64,000 nucleotides of DNA from Eledone cirrhosa (taxonomy: Eukaryota), in contig OZ024742.1 of NCBI GenBank assembly GCA_964016885.1, forward strand, positions 26,970,001-27,034,000, read 5' to 3'. The notes below the pieces were generated by a model that did not search any database, had not been told where the DNA came from, and was given only the letters and a program-made list of their open reading frames with translations. Positions 31,470 through 44,337 of the stretch are shown here, one piece after another. Every line of letters begins with the position of its first letter. Position 1 is the first letter of the stretch. The position numbers were made by a program, and so were the translations under genes.

Positions 31470-33800
31470 TAACGAAGGAAATGTGGTAAGGAACCAGGTG
31501 GACCATAACGCACCAAAGTACTCAATACTTAGTGTAGTAGAGTGAGTAATAGGAACGAGTAGGACGCTGACGGCTGAGCTCAAACCGTTTCGACGGCTAA
31601 TTCTGGAATAAATGAACATTTTTATCCTGGTACATGAATAGCCGAGCTTCTCAGGGGGTAATTCCATATATGGTGAAAGTGTTTGTCACAAGGATTGGTC
31701 AAAAGTTTGTTGTTGAGACACATAATTCTATCATGGCAATTTGTGGAAGGAACGGGTAGCTGAAGTTGCTAGTAGAAGAAAGAGGGAGAGGAAGTGGAGG
31801 AAACCCAGTCGTGCGTTGATAGTGCCAACTACAGCAGGATCCTAAGGGCAGGAGGTCAAGAAAGTATACTAGGGAGATGGAGGGGGAGGAATTCGAAACA
31901 ATAACTAAATCAATAGGGCGTAAATATATAGAAGAATAATAAGAATGTTAAAAATATAAAAACAATTTCTGGTTACTATTCCCTTACCACAATCATCAAG
32001 TCTCTCACTAAACTATAGAAAAGTTTACTAGGTGGGACGGAATTGTAGTGAAAGAATTGTATGTGTTAGTAGTAATCACCCAATCTATCTTACAGTGACA
32101 GGTCAACTGGTAGGGGGCCAAAATACTAAAGAAACTACTACGAAATAATAATTCAGAGTCCCGAAACTAATACGAAATAATAATTCAGAATCCCGAAAAT
32201 TAATACTAATACTATATATAAGGGTGCCGCTACGATACACAAATTCAAATACAAACTACATAAATGCTCGTGCGATATATATGAAAAATTTGATACGGAA
32301 AATTAATTCAGAACCCCCCCCCCCCCAAAAAAAAAAATACTAATATACGAGAAACTAAACCAGAGATACCACTAAGAAATATAGAAAGCACGGTAGAGGG
32401 CAAACCATCGGGTAAGAAAGCAAGTATCTGGGGTCTATCACATCTGCTATAAAAATCGGAGTCGGCGAATTCTGGTAATAAAATAGGGGATGGGGGAGGG
32501 GTACTGAGGCTACAAAGGACCGAAGGGATGCCTCGGGGTGGGCGAGAAAGTGAAAAGGACGACGACAAGGAAATAGAACTGGGGTGGAAGGACTAGGAAG
32601 GGCTGGGTGGAAGAAGGAAATATAGAGGAAAGGATAAAAAGATATAAAAGAAAATCTTACGTCTACCTTTGCAAGCAAGGGTTATCCATTACAAAGTCGG
32701 CAAGTGGGGTGTTACAGCCCTTGTCTACCCCCCTCCCGGGTCATTATGGGGTTTGAGGGCGAGGTAAGTCCTACGCAATATGTGTTTGTATGCAGTTACC
32801 AGTTCGTCTTACTTGTTTAGGAGTTCGTCCGTCTAAAACAGCATTTGTAAGGTTTCCTCCGAGCATAAATTGCACGGACGGCGTCCTCCCGTGTAAGAGT
32901 TGGCTCTGGACAGTAAGCTCCACGTGAGATCATAGGTAATATTGTTATCTTTGAGGTCCCAGATGTGGCCCGAAAGTGTGGCGGCGTGACGCCGGGCCGG
33001 GTTTCGGAAAGTATGCCTGTGTTGGTATAGCCGGGTCTTGAAGTCAAATGCGGTTAATACTATATAAGCTTTGTTGGAGGTGTCCATCCTCACGTTGCAC
33101 TGGTAGATCACATTACGATCTCTGCATCTGTTGTCGAGGGGGAAAATGGAGCCATCAGGACAGTTGCACCTCCTGGTCGGCTCTCCACTGCTATTTAGGT
33201 TATTTCTTCCATAGGGGTTGAGTTTTTTGTTCTTAGAGGAGACGATGTTTTGTGCAAAGTTAGGTGTGGTTCTGTAGGAGAGTTTGATGGTATTTTTGTT
33301 GATTATGTTGTAGTATCGGTGTTGTAGTGGGAAGTGTTTTTCGATGAGCCTAAAGAAGATTTTCCCGATAGGTGTTGTCACCTCGGCGTTGTGGGGAGGA
33401 TTGAACCATGTTACGTTGCGTGAGCGGCGGTGTCGCCTGCTGGTTCCGCTAATGGAAGTTGGACAGTAGGATATTTCCTCCCGGAAGCCACTCCGCTTGA
33501 GGGCCTGGTTGTAATAAAGAGCATGTTCCTCGAATATCTGCTCATTAGCGGACAAACGAGATATGCGGAGGGAGATGTTTTAACCAGGTTATTGTTGATG
33601 TTTCTAGGATGGTTTGATCGGCGGTGGATGTATTGCAGGTTGTCGTTGGGTTTCCTGTACGGGTAGTACAAGTCATTATCGAGGTCGAGGGTAACTTTCA
33701 GGAAGTTTACTCGGGTTAGGGACGTTTGTAGGGTTATTTTAAATCCCCAGTCGCGGAATAAGAGTGAGAAATGAAATTTCGTTTTCATTTTTTTCAACTT
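31470..33800 (-). mobile_element. 5'-truncated Penelope-like retroelement (RT C-terminus, GIY-YIG endonuclease and 3' pLTR region)
   Basis: ORF 33411-33797 has VNFLKVTLDL, YRKPND..YIH..SNHP. Frameshifted ORF 32833-33555 has WFNPP, CNC..C, VIYQC..YI, CNLC. The 3' end abuts (TA)n. Confidence 0.9.
32833..33797 (-). pseudogene. Frameshifted PLE RT thumb and GIY-YIG endonuclease coding remnant
   Basis: Two overlapping ORFs carry contiguous PLE motifs. Confidence 0.85.
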
Positions 33801-33920
33801 ATCGTTTTCGGTATGCCTGACCGATTTAACTCACTCAATATGCAAATTAGGCTGCTCAGCCGTTAATTTTCATAAGGAAAGTATATACTTTCGAACGTTC
33901 AACTATCTGGCAGATGGGTA

Positions 33921-33965
33921 AACGGTGCTGATGATAGCTAACAAGCTTGAAACTAGTACATCGTT
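33921..33965 (+). ncRNA. Minimal type-I hammerhead ribozyme, family D
   Basis: aacggtg CTGATGA t-agct-aaca-agct-t GAAA ctag TA catcgtt; 7-bp stem I with one GU pair, helix III palindrome ACUAGU. Confidence 0.85.
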
Positions 33966-34308
33966 CCTGTGTCAGTGTTGAACAAAAAGGTGACGTGGTT
34001 GCCTTAACACCGTATGGCATAAATTCAGGCTGTTCGATTTGTTGATAAACAAACGAACAAAGCAGGCGTTATAATAAACGTCGGCTAAACTGATGCGTGC
34101 ATATATGTATGTGTACCTGTATGCATATGTGTATATATATGTATATATATATATATGCATGCTACTGTACGTCTGTATACATATATGTATGTACGTATAC
34201 ATACATACTTACATTTAAGTAAGTGCCATACTAAGAGTGAGAAATGAAATTTCGTTTTCATTTTTTTCAACTTAAGTATATATGTATATTTATTTATGTA
34301 TATTCATG

Positions 34309-34359
<51 letters not shown>

Positions 34360-34741
34360 ATGTATATGTATATATATATATATATATATGTATATGTATA
34401 TGTATGTATATATATGTGTATGTATATGTATATATACAAATTATATTATATAAGAGAAATTCAACAAGGAAAAGCAACACGGGAGAATAATGCAATACAA
34501 ATAATTGTATATTAGTTTAACGCTTGATAGATTGGAAGAAATGTTGTAGACTCTAGTCATTTATCGAAGAGGTTCACTAGGAGAGTGAAGCTTGGGGTAG
34601 ACAGACGAGTGTAGAAAATTATGAGACTAAATGAAAACGGGAAATGCTTAGGAATGACAGAAAGCACGTGTAGTCGTTAGTCCTCCATCTCATATATATT
34701 TTACTTCCCTTTCACTCGTTTTCTATATATACATATATATA

Positions 34742-34929
34742 TAATTGTTTCTACTTTTGGCACAAGACCAGCAATTAATTCAGTGTATTACTGGTGTTTT
34801 ATTTTATCGCCCCCGTAAATATGAAAGGCAAAGTTAATCTCGGCGGGATTTGAACTCAGGACCATAATGGGCCGTAACTCTTTGCTGTAAAGCATGGTGT
34901 CAGACCCTCTGCCGATACTGCCAATCCAC
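34742..34929 (-). mobile_element. SINE S1
   Basis: Matches 26130-26317. Confidence 0.85.
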
Positions 34930-34981
34930 ATAATGTGTGTGTGTTTGTGTATATACGTGTATTCATATGTATGTGTATATA

Positions 34982-35087
<106 letters not shown>

Positions 35088-35100
35088 CATATGAATACAC

Positions 35101-35159
<59 letters not shown>

Positions 35160-35534
35160 TTTGTGTGTGTGTGTGCATATATATAGAGAGAGAAACAGAG
35201 GCAGGGAGATAGATAAATGGAGAGCGATAGATAGATGTTGATAGATAGATAGTTAGTTAGAGAGAGAGAAAGAGAGAGAAAGAGAAAATATCAAGGTGAC
35301 ATACGCATTGCATTCAAACTGACTCTCTTCCCTTCTCTCTCGGCCATTGCACACCTGTTCACACGAAATCGGTTCACTGCTACAGTGCAGTAGATCGTGT
35401 CATCTATCAAACTAACAGGTACGAATACACAGGTCACAGCTATGGGTGTATATTAAGCATTCACATAGCAATTAATTAAATCTCAGAATTGACTTAATGT
35501 GTCTAACATAATTTTACACCAATACAGGACTAAA

Positions 35535-35840
35535 GTGTCCTCAATTCTATCTCACTCACACTCTCCCTCTCTCTCGTCTATCTCCCTTGTGTGTCTCCTG
35601 TCTCTCTCCCATCTCTCTCTCTCTCTCTCGTCTCTCTCTCGTCACTCTCCCTCTCTCTCGTATGTATCCTCAATTCTATCTCACTCACACTCTCCCTCTC
35701 TCTCGTCTATCTCCCTGTCTGTGTCGCTTGTCTCTCTCCCATCTTTCTCTCTCTCTCGTCTCTTATCCTTCTCTCTTATCCTTCTATTCACCCCATCTCC
35801 CCCCTCTCTCTCGTCTCTCTAACTCTCACACACTCTCTGT
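35535..35840. repeat. CT-rich tract with an about 130-bp internal direct duplication
   Basis: tcctcaattctatctcactcacactctccctctctctcgtctatctccc occurs at about 35538 and about 35667. Confidence 0.75.
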
Positions 35841-36301
35841 AAATGATCCTAACTTCACCAGTTCTACTAATTTTCAGTGTCGTCAACACTTCACAATGAA
35901 CTAGTCAATATGCCTTAATTAACAGCGAAATTCTTAGGTGTTAAAAATACGTGCCATTTAATTACGTACAGAATCATAGTTATCGTGAATTATCGCAAAA
36001 GTTGTGTCATCTGCAGTTGTGTAATTGTTTAAAAAATATTAAATTTCCGTAAATCCGTAAAAGATGTTGACTCCGTTTTCTAAAACTAAATGTTTTATGA
36101 CTTTAGTTAATTTATAATGAAGGAAGTAAAGCGAGATCCCTTTCCAATGTTGGAGGCTTACGTGTTAGCTGGCAAGGAAACGAGAAAATCTAGCCGAACC
36201 TGAGCCCCGGCCCCCAACAGTATTTGAACTAAAAAATCAATAACCATTATAAATCTCGTCAGACTATCTAATTTTTCCACTGATTCAGTGTTCTGAGCTG
36301 G

Positions 36302-36340
<39 letters not shown>

Positions 36341-36426
36341 GTAATAATAATAAATTTGAAGACTAAAATCCAAAGAGGGCTCGATACGGATAAATATATA
36401 ATCAAATATATAAGAACCGTAGAGCA

Positions 36427-36480
<54 letters not shown>

Positions 36481-36485
<5 letters not shown>

Positions 36486-36695
36486 AACGAGTAGGACCCC
36501 GACGGCTGAGCTGAAGCCTTTTCGACGGCTAATTCTGGACTAAATGAAAATGTTCATTTAGTCCAGAATTAGCCGTCGAAACGGCTTGAGCTCAGCCGTC
36601 GGGATCCTACTCGTTCCTATTACCCACTCTACTACCCTAAGTATTGAGTACTTTGGTGCGTTATGGTCCACCTGGTTCCTTACCACATTTCCTTC

Positions 36696-36699
<4 letters not shown>
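36481..36699. mobile_element. Fold-back fragment of the 3' terminus of the PLE at 31470
   Basis: Inverted arms 36481-36547 / 36552-36620; homologous to 31470-31620; flanked by (TA)n. Confidence 0.85.
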
Positions 36700-36769
<70 letters not shown>

Positions 36770-36907
36770 GACAAGTAAGTATGTTTTGAAACAGTGAGCA
36801 GGTTTGAAATTAGAAAATAGAATAACTTTCACCGTATTTTTGACTTTATCTGAGGCTTCTAAACCCCATTATCAGGATAAAATTTCTTTAGTCAAAAATA
36901 CGGTGAA

Positions 36908-36976
<69 letters not shown>

Positions 36977-37078
36977 CATACACGTGTCTATATATGTATA
37001 TATATATTCTAAATATGCATATATATATATATACACAGACACATACATATCTACATATCAATATACGTACTTACATAC

Positions 37079-37118
<40 letters not shown>

Positions 37119-37188
37119 TAATTTATATATGTATGTGTGTGTATGTTTATGTATAAGTATTCTATATACACACACATTGTATATATAT

Positions 37189-37262
<74 letters not shown>

Positions 37263-38864
37263 ATGTGTGTGTGTGTTTGTGAGTATGTGCATATACTTCC
37301 ATATATACTGTCTTACTGGACTTTTTAATAGAACAAACTTACCTATTTTCATGTTTAGATATTTAATAAAAGAAAAACTTACACAAAGGAGAACTCTCTA
37401 AATAAGAGACTATGTTTGTATTTGTCTCCGTTTGTCTTCTTTTGTCTTCGTTTGTGTTGCTTCAATAAACTTATTTCACTCAATATGTTACTAAGCATTA
37501 ACTAGGATGAAAATCTTTCTTTGTCATTCCGATGCCAAACTGGCTTAGCTATTGTAAGTTTTCTATATACCATTGGGAGTTACCATAACAACAATTATCT
37601 GCAATACTTTGGAACTGTAGCAAAACGCAAACCAATGAAATGCTTCCTTAAACCCTATAAGAATACCGCAAGTTATATTCTTTCTGTATATATATATATA
37701 TTTGTATTTTCTCATTCACAATGTTTTTAATTCTTTTTTTATCATTTTCTTTTCTTAGAAAGCAAACTAACTTTTTATTATACGAACTTGGAGTATATTC
37801 GTTTTCTATAGAAGTTAGGAAAGGCAAATCTTTTCGAATGTTTTTCTAGACTCTACGAGTTTAGAAATCTCGCTTTCAGGTTACATCTTGGTGCTACTTG
37901 GCTTGGTCCGAATGTGAGTATTGTGCCGCAGGTTTTGTCCCTCAATCCAAAATATTTGGCCTCACATTTGTTTTGAGTTTTAAATGGACAACATAAATAG
38001 TTTTCTTCTCAATGTTTTGTTCACACTGTCTTTGTTATAAACATTCAGTAAGTGTATAAATATAGCCACATTCCAATCCAAACTAATCCGGAGCTTTCTG
38101 ACTTCGGCTCGATGAACCTTTTCCTAGTTGACCTCTACAGCTTATGTTTGGTTTTGGTCAAGTCACGGCTGTAGCTGTACTCACCACGCTTAGCCAATTG
38201 TGGGTTGGTGAGGCTATTTAAATCATAGTTGGGCCAGGTGGCCGTTAACTCTGCTAAGTTTATCGGCCTTTTTAACTGTGGTCAGATCATGTTTCTCTCT
38301 GCTACTGGTACCATTTAACGCATTACAACCTGCGAGTGTTTGACGACAAATCCGTCTCCTCCACGAGACCCCTCTCTGGTAAGGAAGGTAAATGGAACTA
38401 TAGCAGCACAAATACATAATATAAATAGATTGATTCACTGCAGCCCTGATTCATGAAAAATATATTTCTTTAGAACAAAACTGAACAGTTGAGACTCCAT
38501 TCGATAGAGATGTTTCAAATCTTCTTGAAATCAGAAGCCGCATTATTTAGGTGAACATAGGCCATCGTTGATCTTAGACTTTTAGGTAAATTACTTGTAT
38601 TGGAGATGCGAAGTCAGCTTTATCTCATTCTTTCTGCATACTCTTTCTGTAAGAAATTGCGTGCATTCAGATATGGAGAGAGTGATGGGGTCGCACAGAC
38701 TTAGAACAAATATACGAGACACAACAATGTCCCTACGGTTCCATCGAGAGTTATGGGACCAAAGAATAAAAGCTTTAAAGAGAGTCATTACCACGCGCTG
38801 AGTGTGTGTTCAGCACTATACATAAATATAAATATATCTATAAATTATATCTATATCTATCTAT

Positions 38865-38970
<106 letters not shown>

Positions 38971-39114
38971 GTTTCTATCTATATTGATAAGGATATATAT
39001 TCGTACTTGTATAAGATATAGCATTGATGTCTACAACGGCTATATGAGTATGCAGATATCTTAATATGATTAAAATGCATACCTAAATCCACACGCACAC
39101 ACACACAAAAACGT

Positions 39115-39172
<58 letters not shown>

Positions 39173-39445
39173 TGTGTGTGTGTGTATGTGTGCGTATGTG
39201 TGTGTGTGCATACATATATATGTATCCATGTATGTATATATATATATATATATAATAAATAGATATATTGTATGCGGGTATACATATCTATATATATGTA
39301 TGTATGTATGTATTACGCATCTATGTGTTTGCCTTTATTTGTATAGTAGTGCTTAATGTGATTAACTACATGGTGGTTTCTCGAGCCAATGCTCCATAAT
39401 GTGATTAAATATGGTAATGGTTATATATATGGACGTATATATATA

Positions 39446-39498
<53 letters not shown>

Positions 39499-39502
39499 TA
39501 TA

Positions 39503-39591
<89 letters not shown>

Positions 39592-39606
39592 ATATATACA
39601 TATAAC

Positions 39607-39698
<92 letters not shown>

Positions 39699-39781
39699 TA
39701 CCAAAATTATATAAAGGATTTCATGTCAGAGTATATCAGAATCATGCGGATATATACGTATGAACATACATAGGTATATTG

Positions 39782-39879
<98 letters not shown>

Positions 39880-40003
39880 ATGTACGTACATACGTATATT
39901 TATATGCATATACATATATATATATATGTTGTGAGAGGGAGAGTGTGATATTGTCCAGTCTACTGTCTGTCTCATATGCTACAGAATTAGTCTTTTTTAA
40001 TAG

Positions 40004-40093
<90 letters not shown>

Positions 40094-41208
40094 GTTACTC
40101 TTTGAGTCTCAGTCATTGATGTTAGTTAACTGGAAAGTTTGTTAAAATGAATATCAAGCCACTACCTGCAGCCTCAGATATTCAGGACGCATCGGAGGGT
40201 TCCCAGTAGGTATGCCTTTTGAAGCGTTCCAAAAAGCGTGAATGGGCCAATTTTCTTTAACCATCCCTGGAAACTTTTTGAGATAGTCCCTAGTGCGCCT
40301 ATGACAATCGGGATCACTTTGACATCATGGCAGTTCCAAATCCTTTTTACCTCCCACTTTAAGTCCTGGTATCGGTTAATTTTCTCCCTCTCTTTCTCTT
40401 GCACTCTCGTGTCGAATGGGCAGGCCACATCCACAATCAGGCACGATCTTTTTTCTTTGTCCACAACCACCAGGTAAGGTCTATTGTGTTCCGGTTTCTT
40501 GTCCGTCTGTATCCTAAAATCCTACAGCACCTTCACCTGATCATTTTCTATCACCGACTCTGGCATATGCTCATACCACTTCTCAGAATGTGGTAAATTG
40601 TTTACTTTGCATAGGTGCCAGTGGATCACCCTGCCCATCACATGATGTCTCCAGCCCTTATAGTGAGTCTGGGCTAGGTGTTTACACTCGTATACAATGT
40701 GAGCCACACTCTCCTCTCTCTCTCCACAGATCCTGCACAGTGGGCTAGCCTCCTCCTTGTAAATATGGTGTTTCAAAAACTTCGTTTTGAGGGCCTGCTC
40801 TTGCGTAGCCATTAACATTCCTTCTGTAGCCTTTTTAAGGTCTCCTCTTTTCAACCAGTTCCATGTCTGTGGAATTCAGTTTTCTCAAAGAAGGTACTAT
40901 GAAGGGATTTTTCCTGAAGGCTGCTCTTTCTCCTTGTTATTATTTCCTCCCTGGACATACCCTGGTCTATTGTCCTCTCCTTCAGTACAGTTCTGAGCAT
41001 TGGCCCCTTACTATCAGTCACGTATTTGTGTAGGTTGTTTTTCTCCATCTGAACACAGTCCTCTATGCTGATAAGACCTCTTCCACCTTCAGATCTCCTT
41101 AAGTAGAGTCTATCGACATCACTCCTCTTGTGGAACATGTTGTAGATAGTCAATCATTTCCTAGTCTTCCTATCCATTTCTTTTTGTTCAGCAACATTCC
41201 ATCTCAGA
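40094..41208 (-). mobile_element. 5'-truncated R4/Dong-clade non-LTR retrotransposon in (TAA)n
   Basis: Frameshifted ORFs have RLYLRRSEGGRGL, zinc finger CRICGEREESVAHIVYEC, RHH, and RLE-type IVDVACPFD..EKINRYQDL..IPIVIGALG. (TTA)n lies on both sides (40032-40093, 41209-41286). Confidence 0.9.
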
Positions 41209-41286
<78 letters not shown>

Positions 41287-42060
41287 GAATGCTATGGTTG
41301 ATGGAGGCTCGGCTCTGTAAGGTATTGTAAATGTCGACCGCTATAACAATTGTAAATTGTTTAAAACTTTAACCAACTGGTAGACAAAAACACCCCCCTC
41401 CACGTGAGAGGGGTCTTTCTGCCCGTTATTTGGCCCTTCGTGGTCAAATAACCGCTTATTGGGGTTTTGTGTCCAATATTTATTTTAAACAAAAAAAAAC
41501 AACATGGCTACGAAAATGAATTTTCATACGTCACTCCCACTCATTCCGTCTTCTTCTTCCTCAATCGTCATTACAACAGAGAGAAGATTGTCTCTCTCCC
41601 TCCCTTCCCTTTCGCAAGCGACGCCAGAAAAGAAAAATCACGTGCAAAGCGAGCAAGATTTCTCCACGACGACGACGACAACGACGAAAAAGGTGTGCGG
41701 GAAATACGAAAACCCATTACATTCGTCTGACGTCAGGAATAATAGCAGTAGCAGCCGTAATAACAGCAGCAAAAGTGACAAGGAAAACAACAGTAGCAGC
41801 CGCAACAGCATCAGCAGCAGCATAAACAACAACAGCATTAGCAGCAACAACAACAGCAGCAGCAGCAGCAACAACAACAACAACTACAATAACAGCGGTG
41901 GTGGCAGTAGTCGTAGTACCTGCTGCAACAACAAAAGTAACAGCAGCTCTGACGACAACAACACAACAGCAGCAAAGAAAAACCAATCTCGTTTGCAGGT
42001 ATCGCAAAGAACCTGGAAACCATCCTCATAACAAATGAGGAATTAGGGGAAGCGAAGAAG

Positions 42061-43582
42061 ATGGTGACAAAAACTGGATACCGAGCAATCTGCAAGGCAG
42101 CGGAAAATTTTTTCGAAGCCCAACTGCACTGTACGGTCACGTACCGTACAAAATCCCGTAGGGTTGAAAGAGCCACAGAGGCTCAAATACAAAAAGCTTT
42201 GGGGACTGTGTGGCAGCGGAAAACGCACATCACCCGAGGCAAGAAATATGCCACCGTAGACGTACTTTTTGCCACACCCCAGGAGGCAAAGGCTCAATCC
42301 TTAGTGACCCTAAGGAGCGAGGAAATGGTGTTGGTGCCCTCCTACTGCGGGCAAAAAATTGTGAGGGTCAAACTAACCCCCCCCCCCCCGGGATGGCCCC
42401 TTCTTGGCTGGCCGCGTCTGTCCACGTCGGAATCGAGGACAAAACAACTGTACTGCAAGTACAGAAAAAAGTAAGAAGATTGGGTCGGCACCGCCATTGA
42501 GATGTTAATCCAAACCAACCAGGAGTGCATCGAAACTATCCCGGATGTGATAGACTTCGATAACGGCACGCAACTGCCCATAAGTGTTGAGGGCAAACGC
42601 CCGAAATGCTTTCGCTGTGGATCGAAGACTCACCTCAGGGCCTTCTGCAACGAAAAGACCCTGAGAAAGGAGAAAACCCCCTCCTTCCGAAACCGGCTCC
42701 ACGGCTACCAGCAACAGGACAAGCGGCAACCAGGAACGATAGGTCCGTGGCACCCATACCCACGCCACGGAAATCAAAAACAGCAGCAGCAGTGGAAGTA
42801 TTAACAACAACAACAGCAATACCAAATGCAGCTGCAACAGAGACTCAAGTGCAAACATCACCAACAACAAGTGAAAGAGTGGAGCTGGTACCCCTCCCCG
42901 ACCTCACAGAATCAGACATGGAGTGTGAGGTGGGAGAGGGATAGCAAAAGGTCGTAAGAAGGCACAAACGCAGAAGCAGCGCATCGTCGCCTTTGAAAAG
43001 GGAGGAAAGAAATGAAAAAAGCGTAAAGTCAACTGCAAAGAGACCCACAGCAGCAACACCACCAACACCATCACCACCCACACTAGCACCACCATCACCA
43101 CCGGCGACAACCCCACCGCCAACAACACCTTCAACACCACCACCACAAGCACCAACATCGCAAACACAACAACAAAACACACACACCCAGCAACAACGAC
43201 AAGAAAATAGCAGAACCACACCCACCCCCAGAAAAACAAATGCACGGCAATAAATACACACAACAAGAAACTAATGACTTACATAATTGAACACACAGAC
43301 ATTTCACAACACGACTACATAATACCAGCACCAATCAAAACGCCAACTAACATAAGACTGCTAAAAATAGCACAGAAACAATACACAAACATTAAAACGA
43401 AATTCCCCAACGCAGTTGGTGATTTCAGAGACCTAGGAGGAACTATCAACCGAAGAGTATATTCGGACATACGCATAGAAGAGCCGACGACCAGCCGAAG
43501 GGACGATTCAACGGTCCCTTCACCAGACGATCAAGTGAAAAGGGATGGAAAAACCATCCCTCCTCTACCAAAAGTACGGTAA
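42061..43582 (+). pseudogene. LINE ORF1 (gag-like, CCHC zinc knuckle, Pro/Thr-rich tail), frameshifted
   Basis: CFRCGSKTHLRAFC fits CX2CX4HX4C; split across ORFs starting at 42061, 42502, 42606, 42993 and 43274. Confidence 0.75.
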
Positions 43583-43617
43583 GTGGTCTTTCCCATCTGT
43601 TCCACTCTATTTTAAAC

Positions 43618-44337
43618 ATGACCTCACTCAGAATAGGCAGCATAAATGCGCGTGGCTTGGGGTCGTCATGGAAGCAGGGTCACCTGCTCAACGACCTTAG
43701 GTCACTAAACATAGATGTAGTGGCCATCAGCGAGACCAGAATCTCCGAAGCACGGGCCTTCGCACCGATCTTCGGCGGCTACGATGTGTACGCATCTCCC
43801 AGCCTTCCTGGATCGGGAGGAGGAGTTGCTGTGCTTTTTCGGAGAGGTTTGGATCTCGCCATACGGGCCATCTTCCTGGACCCAGAGGATAAGTTGGTGG
43901 TGCTGGACGCGACCAGCGGAGACGGGTAAGCTTTCAGGCTAGTGGCCGTTTATGCCCCGGCAGGAGCAGGGCGGCATGATTTCTTCCGGCGTCTGGAGAC
44001 CTTTCTTGGAACGTCCCGCTCTTTAGTATTAGTGGGCGACTGGAACGGAATCTTATATGCACGCTGGGACTGTGTGGGATTAGCGGATAGGGGGTGGAGG
44101 GTGCAAGAGCCTCACCAACCTGCTCAGGCGTTTTGAACTATCTGACAGGTACCGATTGGATTTCCCGAATGTGCCAATGTGGACTTGGACAAATCGCATA
44201 TGGTCATCCAGATCATATCTAGATAGAGTATTTTGTAGGGAAATAGATAGGTCTAGCATAGGCTGTCCACAATTCAAGATAGTCAGCTACACGGACCACA
44301 AATTCGAGACCGGATTAGCGAACTAGTTAAGCGGGCG
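43618..44337 (+). pseudogene. ORF2 N-terminal AP-endonuclease domain, disrupted
   Basis: SINARGL, ISETR, GGVAVL, VYAP, VGDWN, YLDRV and TDHK motifs; stop at 43927-43929 and a frameshift near 44095. Confidence 0.85.

Noticed and set aside
36827-36909. Hairpin enclosing CTGATAA on the minus strand
   Set aside because: The 19-bp inverted repeat is real, but the core is mutated and GAAA is absent; not called a ribozyme
37780-38800. Possible host exons or a decayed GIY-YIG remnant (minus-strand NKCEAKYFG)
   Set aside because: Short frames with stops and no convincing motif series
41504-42176. Ser/Asn-rich and poly-Leu/Cys ORFs
   Set aside because: They derive from (CAA/CAG)n simple repeats in the LINE 5' region and cannot be separated from degenerate ORF1 or UTR sequence
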